DNA of 64,000 nucleotides from Pocillopora damicornis (Eukaryota): NCBI RefSeq assembly GCF_003704095.1, contig NW_020844201.1, positions 62,001 to 126,000 of the forward strand, read 5' to 3'. Shown piece by piece: positions 38,601 to 49,433 of this stretch (position 1 is its first letter; each line of letters starts with the position of its first letter). The notes under the pieces were generated by a model. It saw only the letters and a program-made list of their open reading frames with translations, ran no database searches and was not told where the DNA came from. The position numbers and the translations under genes were made by a program.

Positions 38601-38705
38601 CTAGGTTTAATTTGTAGAAACAATTTTACCCACCTTTTCAATTATCAAAGAGGTGATACAGATAATCCAAATCAAAAGAAACATACACGACAAAGATGAA
38701 CTCAT
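35649..38705 (-). CDS. Secreted colipase-fold (Dickkopf CRD2 / prokineticin / MIT-like) cysteine-rich protein, paralog B (136 aa, 4 exons)
   Basis: All introns are phase 0 and GT-AG. 38634-38705: MSSSLSCMFLLIWIICITSLIIEK. 36953-37030: GFVEGGKRRKQSKQSWLPSLPTTHHK. 36706-36843: GIAGQSTCKTERDCSKDECCALLKTKAVKVCKKISLFGEICNPYEI. 35649-35771: PGLPENCLCQQGLTCTRATGEAFRCLYISGSPLDRENDGE*. Ten Cys: C-x5-C-x4-CC-x10-C-x9-C-x11-C-x-C-x5-C-x9-C. Confidence 0.9.
37330..37663. repeat. Tandem duplication of about 165 bp in intron 1 of paralog B
   Basis: 37330-37492 and 37498-37663 share aatacggaa.aaagtgcttgaagtatttcataacaagctaaaaaa...gatgacctaaaaataacttc.ccaactaaa. Confidence 0.92.
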
Positions 38706-38797
38706 TTTGGATTGAAGTCTTTTTAACTCTGTTCTGCTTATCTCCTCTCTTGTCGGCTGACTGTTCCAACTGCAAGTAAATCTCAACAGTAACCACA

Positions 38798-38804
38798 TTT
38801 TATA
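38798..38804 (-). promoter_or_regulatory. TATA box of paralog B
   Basis: TATAAAA about 93 nt upstream of the ATG, which sits in a CAAAATG context. Confidence 0.6.
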
Positions 38805-41059
38805 CTCTCCCGAGCTCTGTGGGAGTCAACTTACATCTGGTGATCCAAAAACAAAACTGAAAGAAAAAATGAATTTCCCGACGTCTCGATGTTATGGTTT
38901 GAATTTCTGTGGACAATGGCATCAATGTTAAGAGTTCTCACGAAGAGGAGTAAAAAAGCAGTGATGAGAAGAATTATGTTATTGAAAAACATAGTAGTTG
39001 AGCATAAACAAATATCTAATATCTATTTTGATATGAATTAACCACTCAGGAAAAAGAGTATGGTAGAATTAGTTGAAACCAAAAGTTCGGTTAAAGTCTG
39101 AATTTATCAGTAAGGTTGTTGCGTTTTAAGTGCACTGAGATTGATTAAAATAAATGTTTCGGTGCCCTTCGAAGAGTTAATGAAGTTGATTAAGTCATTT
39201 CTCTTTAGGTTAGAAAAAATAATCCAGGAAACGTGCAGCGGTACAGACTAAACAGAGGCTAAAATTCTCATTTATGTCCTCATTAAGACAAATGCTTGAA
39301 GAGCGAACCGGAACATGCACAGCTGTCCCTCGTGACTTTTTCCACCCTCAGCTGAAACAAAAGGATGTAATATTTTTCCTTTCATTCATTGACGTAAAAT
39401 TTAAGCAAACTTCGAGAACAACTAGCAAGGTGGAAGGAGTTCCACAAATCACCCGATGTACGTTATCTTTTAAATTTCAGTTGGCGCTAACAAGCTAGAG
39501 CATGGAAAAATTTTTGAAGTTCGAAAAGGTAAAATCATCCGTGTTACGATCGACTATTTGAAAACAAACAACAGCTGTGAGTAGGATTTGGCGTTAAATG
39601 AAAGAAAACGACGGTTTAAAAGATAGGACAAGGTTCAACCCAGTGAAACACGGTACCAGTTGTCCAACAATCGTCTTCTTAAGATATTGAACATACAACT
39701 ATGGATATATGACACTTAACAGCCAGTAACAACCCTGGGTGTCAAGGAGACAATCCCACGCTTTTAACAGTTATGATAACTGTAAAAAAAAACTTCGTAG
39801 CAGCAAAGCTGTTTCAAAAGGCTAAAAAAAGCTAGAAAAATTGGTATCACGCGACTCCTGTTTAGGGCCATAAAGTTAAAGAGACAGGTGAGACACATAC
39901 AGGTGAGATGCGCCGCCTTCAGGTCAAACAACAGGGTGATGATAGCAAAATGAAACTGACTTGTCGAAAGGTGCCTCTTTACTTCTCGTTCAACTATCGA
40001 TTATTCCGACAATCACTCAGGTTCCTTCTGTATTGTCTGATAAATCAAGAACAACAGAGAAATTTTATTTGCTAAATACAGGTATATGATAGGGGTTGAA
40101 AATTAAAGATTGCTCTTGTCTGTCAAGACTACTGTTGGCAACTGTCCGTCATTGATCTGTCAGAATATAATTTCCTTGACTTTTTCAGCGTTTGCATTGA
40201 AGGCGTATATTGCTTGATACCTGTTGCTTCCTTTTGTCTCGCTCATTTGATTTACCAATGAGAATTTTTTTGAAGGATTGTAAGCGAAAGTTAACCTTGT
40301 ATAGCTTGGAAAATTTTACAGCCATCAACGGCTTTAAAGAAATCCAGTGTAGTAGGGGTATTTCTGGCGCGTCCGATAGCAGGCGAAAAACTGAACTAAA
40401 AACGTGGTTGGGCCAACACTTTGAGTTTCTACGCAAAGTAAAGCACAGTAAATACCTTAACTTAAATTAACTGGTTACACAATAGTCACCCAGGATTCTT
40501 TTCGCAGACACAGCTGAGTATATCAGTACCTGTGCTGTTTAGCGGGGTTAGGTTACCGCCCTTCCCTGATGCTTACATGCAATAAATTTTTATATCTAAA
40601 AATAAAGCTAGTTCTCAGTTAACATTATATCTTTGGAAAATCATAATGTGTGACCTTGACTCTGTGTTGACACTCTAATGGTCTAAGGAAGGCTAATTCT
40701 GTCCCTGCCTATTATAGCACAACCATTTGTTAATGTATCTAACACCGCTAAATATTTCTGTCTCAGTTCACCTCTTCGACCGAAAAAAGACCTTTAATCA
40801 AATTAAAATAAAGGGTAACCATAGAAACAAGTCGAGGAAATGAGACAGATTAATTCGGAAAACAACGAGTATATGAGCAAAGAAGAAAATAATTCTAGCA
40901 CTTATCACAGAACATAAAAAACCTTTTTTCTGGACGCGAAAATGAACAAAATGAACTCCCCATCGCCAAGAGCCACAGTGAGTTATTGCCTAGTGCCCCA
41001 TTGTATTATGTATTTCCAGTCTGTCCGTGTTATGGAACTTCTGTCTTCTGAGACAATTC

Positions 41060-41479
41060 TAAAGAAAGGAAAGTTGTCATGAAAGATTGGATAGAGAAAT
41101 ACAGACCAATGAGACAGAGGACTGTTAGAGCAGAGACCGCAAAGGACAAATCAGGTACACTCCCGCAGCTTTTTACGCACAGCCCAAACTCCAACAATGT
41201 GTGGAAAGGTTTGTTTTATTGTAAACACAATGAATCTGTTAATTCTATGGCTGCAAAATATTTTTTTGGCTAAAAATAACGTTTGTTAAAGAGACAAGTG
41301 TGCCACGATTCCATACCAGCGTTGAAGTTGAACCAACACATGTTGATGAGTACGAAAGCGACTCGGAAACTGAATTAATGAAAAATGAAGATAAAAAGCC
41401 GAGGGACTTTCCTATAATTAGATATTTTGTTACAAGATGTGGACCGAAAATTAAAGCCTCAGCAAAATTTGATCTTTGA
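41060..41479 (+). pseudogene. Decayed C-terminal fragment of a probable transposon ORF
   Basis: MKDWIEKYRPMRQRTVRAETAKDKSGTLP, then an acidic DEYESDSETE, ending VTRCGPKIKASAKFDL*. Broken frame; family not identified. Confidence 0.35.
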
Positions 41480-41539
41480 ATTCACCTCACCGCTCCTTGC
41501 GACAGCTAAAACTAAGAGATATTGCATGGGTTAAACCTC

Positions 41540-41965
41540 AAGTGATATTCCCCAATTTTTAAACCTTTTCCAACTACGCGGATAAAAGCGTTCGTTTATA
41601 ATTTAATTCAAGATGGAAAAGCGTTTCGCTATGGTCAAAGAAGAAGGGACATATTTGTTTATTCTTAAAGTCGTAAAAGAGAACACTGAAAAAGTAAACA
41701 TTCCGCTCATCAAACAGTAAGTTTTTGGTAAACAGTTTATCCGCGTGTTTCAAAAATATTTGAAGGATAATAAATACAATAGCTTCCATTTGGCGTGAAG
41801 AGATGCTTGTGTACTTTTCTTTGGACTTTACCTCTTCCTTAAAGCTGACAGTTTTCTTTGAGCTCCGCTGTCGCAAAACTGTTCGCATCTCGGCATAGAT
41901 AACGTCCGCGGAAAAATATCCGTGCATGTTTTCAAGCCAAATAGTGGCTATAGTTGTTATACCTC
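41540..41965. repeat. Probable non-autonomous interspersed repeat
   Basis: Internal inverted similarity (aatagcttccatttggcg at about 41778 versus gccaaatagtggctat at about 41936). The spanning 133-aa ORF has no recognisable protein features. Confidence 0.45.
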
Positions 41966-44900
41966 TATATATCAACTACATAACAACAATATCTCAGAGA
42001 AGGAACTAATTTTAAGTGAAATGTAAACGAACTGCCCCATTTAAAAGCGTTCTGGAATATAATGCCATTGATCGCCCAATGTAACAGCCGCAGACAACCG
42101 CCGTGACGAATCCAGTTTGAAGAGTGAGGTCTATAAAATTCAGCTACGATGGTTTGCACGTATAACAGTGAGAAGTACGTTATTGTTTGAAACTGATCAT
42201 TGTTTGAGGTCTTGGAAGTACGCTACACTCCACTGACTAAGTCAAAGGAAGACTGAATTTAATCTATATGAAATGATATAAAACTTAATATTAACTTAAA
42301 CTCATTGAAGAAATATCTAACTGATTATCGTCAAACCTAAAATGTAACCGTCAACCGTCCAAGACCCTAAAATTTAACCGCTAGTAGTCAAAATCGGGAA
42401 AAAATAACCGTCAGCCGTCAGAGCTACCCCCCATAAAGACCCTCGGATGAAGTTTGGTTATCGACTACTGAATGTGCAAGAATTCCTTATGCAATTGTTT
42501 CATGAGATTTTCCTTCTTTTTTTTTCTTTCTCTCGTTAGCCCTCTAATCTACCTCAAGATGATTAGTGATTCAAAGTAGTTTTCTTGGTAAAATTAATTT
42601 GGTCTTACACTAAGATGAAACTTAACCCTCAAATCATGTCTTCTTTTAACTCAATAATCCTTTTATTTCTATTTTTTTCCCCAATAATTTTTCTGAAAAA
42701 AAAATCGTTTACCAAGATGGCCGACCTGCTAAATAGTCGCTTTTGTAACAGCAATAGAATTGTCCAACTAATGGAACGAAGTTTCCAAAGAGTGTTCTAA
42801 CATGTTTAACAGCAGTAAAGCTTTTTTCATAAACACGGCTCTAAGAAACACGATGGGGTGGGAGTTCATTTTCGTTTGATGAACATAAAGCTGCATGTCT
42901 TCTCCTTTGTTCTGAAGACTGAACAGCTCCGTGAAATATCAAATCGACCCGTTCACTTCATGATGAACATTTTGGCATGTTTGGCTTGAGCCGCAAGTAT
43001 AGTGTGATTATCGCGTATTTTTCATTTAGCCTCGAGGAGGAAACTCACCAGTTATATGCCTTTGGATAAGGGAAACACCGGGAAGTATTTTCTTCTCCGA
43101 CGAATAACTGTTAACTGATTAGTTGATTACGAAAACAGTCTCCATCAACTGTAAATACTTCAAATCTACTTCCTTCCTTCCAGTTAACGTAAACAAACCA
43201 AGTTATTCATGAAAACTACTCTACTTTTCATTTTTAATTTTACTGTAGGAGAAATGCTTACAGCTATGTTTTCGATAGTTTCGAGTAATTGATTAAAAAA
43301 TTAAATTAATTAACATCTCTCAGGCTGCGGTTAGGTTGTCTTATTTTCTCTGCGTTTCCACACTATGCGCTGGCGTAAAATATTTTGTAGGATGGTTGAG
43401 CCTTTTTGAGACGCACACGATGACACTTGGAAGGTTAAAGAAACATATACATAAAACGGTAATGAAGGAAGAAAAATTTAAGAGAGGCATGGAAATAATT
43501 AAAAAAAAAAACACCTAAAATAACGATGCCTTCATATTCGTTGTAAATACAAGTTCGTTATCAAACAAATTTACAAGAATCGTAAAGGACGGACGGTGGT
43601 TTTTTTTTTTTTTTTTCCGCAGACATAAGGGTTTTACAAGTACAATTTATCCCCTGTTCTTTCATGAGGCCAATAAGTGCGTTTCCCTTGAGGGTATGGC
43701 AGGGGCTTCAACGAGTCTAGGGCGACAAATGTCAGCAATAACCAAATTATCAAACAAATTTGAAGCAAACTGGAGCAATACTGAATTTGGCCTTTTTCAA
43801 ATTGTTTAGACTGAGTATAGTTTGGTATTATTTTCAGTGCACACGCACTAAAGGGTAAACGGGTCAAAACAGGCAGGTGGGATTATATCTTACTGAACCG
43901 ATAACTTTCATCTATTGACAACCATGTAGTATTTACGCAAGACGTGCCAGGTGTGTTATTCGACAACTGATTCCCGATGTTTTTCACTTAATACAAGAAA
44001 TTTACTGAGTGCAAAACGACAAACTAAAACAATAGAACTGAAAACAAAAAGTCATGGATAAATTGTGTTTTAACAGTGGCGTATCCAAGGTTAAAGAGGG
44101 TGCACCTAATTCTCTTTTGAATTAACACGATGTACACTGAAATACACCGCAGGGTTAAGAAGACTATAAGAACTTCCTTTAATTTCTTCAAGGCAGTCAG
44201 CTGGTTAGGAAGAAGATAAACGCCGCGCAGGGTGACATATACACACCTCTGAAATGAATTTACTTTTGTCATCTGTGGTATGTTTGCTCCTTATCACTTC
44301 ATGGGGAGATGAGAAGGTGCGTAAAAATCATTTTTCTATGCAATAACTCTAAAGGGAAAATCATAACATTTCTGGCAAAAGTAGGTTGTATTTCAATCTC
44401 GAAAACTGTAACCTTCAAGAGTTTATCTGTTGTTGGTATTCAGTTTTAACCTTTTCTCCCAACTGTTAAGATAATTGTTCTATAACGTTTTTTTTTCTAT
44501 CTTAAAATTCCTGCGATTTTGAGGATTTACTTACCAATTTCTTTGATAACATCAAGTAAAACTTTATTTTGCAAGAACATTGTCCTGTTCCAATAGTTAA
44601 AGCCGCGTGCATGATCAGCCAGTTAATTTCTATGTGGGTTAAGTCTCCGAGACAGTTCGTTGTGCAAAGAGAAATTGCGGTGCCTATCTGGTTGAAACTT
44701 ACCCGTCAAAAGTGAGGGCGGCTACACTTCACCAACGAATCTGATCAGTTGGGGTCTGAAGGTTCATTTCATATCTAGCTTGGCGTAATTCCGAAAGATT
44801 GTAGAAAATTAATTACGACTTAGAGTTCGTTACTTTAAGGCCTTATTCCCTTGTCCAGATATAGCTAGCGTTTTCTCAGCAGTTTGGTCAACATCTCTCG

Positions 44901-47689
44901 GAACTGAGCTGTGCGTATTATTTAAAAGGGAAAAGTTACCTCCGCACGTAAGTTTCATTTCACGTAATATTTGAAGAGAAGCTAATAATTCAAGCTCCAA
45001 CAGGATTCGAGCACGCACCTTAATCGCAGATAGAAGCTGAGCTCTACTACTACTACTTACTGTGTTATATTAGCAGCGAGGCAAATTGCTGTAGTTTCGT
45101 TGTTGCTGTAATAGAAACTGATCCCAGTCTAGTAAAGTAAAGAAATAGTCTTCATAGGTACGCAGAAATAACAAGCATTTCTGAGATAAGGCCAAAAAAA
45201 ATTCACGCTTCGACGTTATTGTAACGGAGGTCGGAGCTCGAATAGTGTTTTAGATCGCTAAATCTAAATTACAAATAGAAATTTCAGCAAGATCATAGAT
45301 GTTATATTTGGTGTGTTAGTTATTTTGATGCGTGCGTTTTCTTTCAAAATGCTTCTTCATTTACTTATCCTTCCCTTGCCATTATTGTTTAAATCCCAGC
45401 TGGTCCAGTATAAACGGGGTGGGCTAAAATCAAGTTGAATCTTTTTCATATTCCTTGTAGGGTCGACCAATATACTCAAAGGTACTTTTATTTTCATTTA
45501 AACCGGGATTTTCAAAACAGGCCATGTGTAAAACTGAAAGAGATTGCTCCCACAATGAATGCTGGGCGTTTATGAAGACGGAAATCGTAATAGTAACCAG
45601 AAAAATATGTTTGTCTGGAGAAACATGCAATCCATACAAAAAGGTGAGGACTCCTTTAAATTTGGTTTTAACTTAGTCTTTACATTTCTTTTTAATATGA
45701 AAAGTAAGGATTTTGAAAGTCGCAAGGCGAAACAGCAGTTTGCCTTATCGTACCTGGGAACTTATACTTTTAAATTATGTGTTATATTTTTCGAGTCATT
45801 CTTACATTTATAGTTGTTGAGGCTTGGCGCTTTCAGGAAAAATCGGGTCGCTATGTTTGCGATTATTTTATGTCATTGAAATAAACAGCACAGTTTTGCT
45901 AAATAAAATAAAAGTTTAACAAGTGTTTGATGTCTGATGACATTTGGAAACAAAGGTTGATGGTAATCAACCGCAAAGGAATTGGTTCAAAATTGAGGAC
46001 AACATACATAATTTCCACAAGCTAACAAAATACACACATGCACTTACACATGTGCAAACTTCTCAAATTCTTACTGAATGACAGATGCACAGCTGCTACC
46101 ATTATGTTTCGATATTATCGCAAACTATTTGCTGTTTCTTATCTACTTTAATAGGAAGATATTACCAAATAAAGAAACAAACAAACAAATTATCGCAGAA
46201 TAAAAGAAAGTTACAAAACAACAATGAAAAATGAAATCGCGATCAAAATTAAATCTATAAATCTGGAAGAATGCTCGTTGCCTGTTTTTTTTTCCTTTGA
46301 ATTTCTCCCAAGTCCAAGTTCTCCCTCTGTTTGCAAAATTTCCTGACATTATGACTTTTCCCAACAATATGAAAGCATCTTATTCAGTCTCCACCTTAAG
46401 TTCTTAATCCAGGGCAGCACACGGTGGCACATCACTCCCTCTACAATCCCAAATATGCTTCTGTGATTAGTGACTGATAGTGGGATTAAAATTATAGACC
46501 AATAAACATAAGGTCCTCAAGGCGTAATGTCGTCTTTGAAAAGTAATGAAATGATGAATGCATTATCAGTTATGATAATGAGGTGTCACCGACAATATCG
46601 TTCAGCCCGAGCTACAGAAGGCCTTTTAAAATAGACAGAAACAAAACAAAACGATACAAATGAAAAAAAGGTTTAAAGAAATGTGTTTTTCATTTTGTTA
46701 CGAGTGTTAGACAGAGATATTTGAGTCCCCATGAAGAATATAATCATAGACCTTCGGATTTCGCGCCCTATTACAGAGCTAGGCCATTGCTACCTGTAGG
46801 TTTATAAGTGACACACGTCTCGCATGTTGCTCGGATCGACAATGTCGAAAGCGTCGTGTAAGTGGTAATTGGTGAATTCGCAATTACCTTTGCGAGATCC
46901 CCCTTAATATAAAATGAGTTCGCCCCCAAGTCATTCAACATCAAGTTACGGGGCGAACTTGCAGGGGTGGTAGTGGGCGATTTTGCATTGGGGCGAATTC
47001 ACCATAAACCGTGTGGGTTTTGCCTTCCATTCTTTTGTCCTCATGATTAAATCTCGCTGAAATTCATTCAGGCATCCCTGAATTCTGGCCACCTCTTTAG
47101 AAGTTCCTCGGAACACAAAAAGGATAAAAAGAAATGCAGTCAGTTTTCGTTGCGTCATTTGCACTTCAAAATATGAATACCATCTACATCAAAACTGTCT
47201 TCAAATATTTTCATTACCGCTGAAAATTCAAAAGCAGGCCCAGCCTTAATGATAAACCTGTTAGTCCTCTAACATCGTATTTCAAGTAGTTGATTGCCAA
47301 TAATGCACTGACCTTCTCTTTACCTATTCCATTTTGTTTACCGGATGGAAGTAATGAAGAGATAAAGACCAGCTGAAGGATGAGAATTTATTTGATTTTA
47401 GTTCCACTGCCATAAATAATAAGCCCTCTGGAGGAAAAATATATTGAAAGCTCAAACACTCTATCAAGTGTATTTGAAATGTCTTTTTTTCTGCTTATGG
47501 CTGGCGTCGAGGGTGCGCTCTGATTGCCTACTCAAACTCCGAATATCCCAGTTATTCACCTCGACGAAACTTTGTACGTCTCATTTGAGTTAAAAGGAAA
47601 TTTTTGGTCCCTCGTTTCGATAGGCACGAAGAGCTAACAGTGAAATGCACTATCAGTGGAGAACTTAATACGGGTTTTTAATACAATGT

Positions 47690-47990
47690 ACATAAACAAT
47701 TACCGCGCTTCTGATTGGCTGAAAGCGATTGCATTCTCGTGTAACACTAGTGCAAATTACAAACAGCGCGCACACTCTTTAAAAATTTCTTGACTTTCTG
47801 TGACGTTTATTCGTGTACATTATTAACAAATATTAAAATGATTTCTCTTGCAATTTGGTGCAATAAGCACTTATAAATTTTTGAAAGATGCCGAACGGGT
47901 TCGCGCAATTTTTTTGGTGTCTTCGAAAAATTTTCTTGCACTGATTAACATCAAAATGCACTTTAAATCATGTTATTACCTATACAAACT
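47690..47990. repeat. Probable non-autonomous interspersed repeat
   Basis: Shares blocks (ttctgattggctgaaa; aaatcatgttattac) with 22620-23080 elsewhere in the window. Confidence 0.4.
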
Positions 47991-48793
47991 TCTGATGAGC
48001 ACAATTGTTGTTGGACCCATCAGCCATCATTAAAATTTGAAATAAGGGAACACTGGAACTGGCTGTTGTAATAGAAGAGGCTTCATGACCAGAAGTTGCT
48101 TTGAAAATATTAGAGTTTACAACGGCGTCCCACTGTATCATAGCCACCTCTCAAGCGAAGGGGCTGCAATCGTGTGGTTTCACGCGGGAATCCATCTGGG
48201 ATGGGACAGTGGGACGGATCTAACCAGTAGGAGAGTCTCTACACGGCTAAGTAGTTTAAAATTTTAAGGTCAACGAGCGAAGAACACTTTGAGCGCCTTT
48301 TGCGAGAGCCACACTGCTAAACTCTACGCCGTCTGGGACGACACGGCAGTGACGAAAATCTGGGTCTGTAAGCGCCAGCAAGCTGAGGAAAACAGCATAC
48401 CATATCTCCGAGGCAATTCCTTCGAGGACTACGATCTATTATTTCCGAGCAATGTCGAGTGTGATGTATCAACCAACAATGTGAAATGCAGCGTAATCAA
48501 CCTTACGCACATTTATTTTCTTTACAATTTTAACATAAGACTAGATCAAAAAACAAATGCATTAACTCAGAAATACGCTAATATATTTTTTAGACAAACT
48601 ATAACTCGGCTATTAATAATGGTTAAATACGATATCAAAACGTAGGAACGTAGTCAAAAGTTTGTCTTATGCTCCTTTTATAAAGAAATTTTCGTAGCTC
48701 AACCAATTAATATCAAGACAAACACGAAAAAGTCTTGGCAGCTAATAAGTATCCAAAACGTTTGAACTCAAAGCCTTCGCACGTTCAAAAGAC

Positions 48794-48799
48794 TTTATT
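48794..48799 (-). terminator. Candidate polyadenylation signal of UPF2
   Basis: AATAAA on minus, about 635 nt downstream of the stop at 49434. Confidence 0.4.
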
Positions 48800-49433
48800 G
48801 ACTAAAATGAACGCAAGAGTGACTACGTTCTATTTCATACTTAGCAGTTTGCTTTTGACAGAGCCCCTCTAAAATTCTTCCTGCGAACGGCATGAATTTT
48901 GGTAATAGTTTGCAGGCATTCAAACAATTCCCCCGAAGACTTTGTATGATATGACAAACCACGAACGGATAACCTGTGGTGCAGACTGAGTGACTGACCA
49001 AGCCCGGAGACATGGGTTGCTCTCGTGCTGCGCCCATGGGGAGTCACTTCAGCGGTTACGCGCCACACTTCACCCCTTCCATTGTGCTCAACGTCTCCTA
49101 GAACACGAGAATTTAGAAGGAATTTATATCCGTTGACTACAAGACGCAGTCATCAAGCATCTTGATAAATGATTTTTCCTAAAGCAGTCCGTTGTAACAC
49201 CATTAACAGTTGCCTGAGAACAGAGAGCTTGACTACGAATGAAAAACCGTTTAACAAGGTTAAATCAGGTAAGTGTAACTTTGCACATCTTAACGGCTTA
49301 AATATTCTTTACAAATAGATTAAGAGGTCCTCTAAAAGGAATGCTTTATCGTGGTCACATTTCTTTCTGAAAACATTGCGGTAAAAATTGTTCATTAAAT
49401 TCCTAGTGCTGTGTTAAAATAATGGAACAATTT

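Noticed and set aside
43634-43867. Hydrophobic segment (LLQICLIIWLLLTFVAL) resembling the paralog B signal peptide
   Set aside because: No ATG in place, no good donor, and no Cys exons found between 39 and 43.6 kb.
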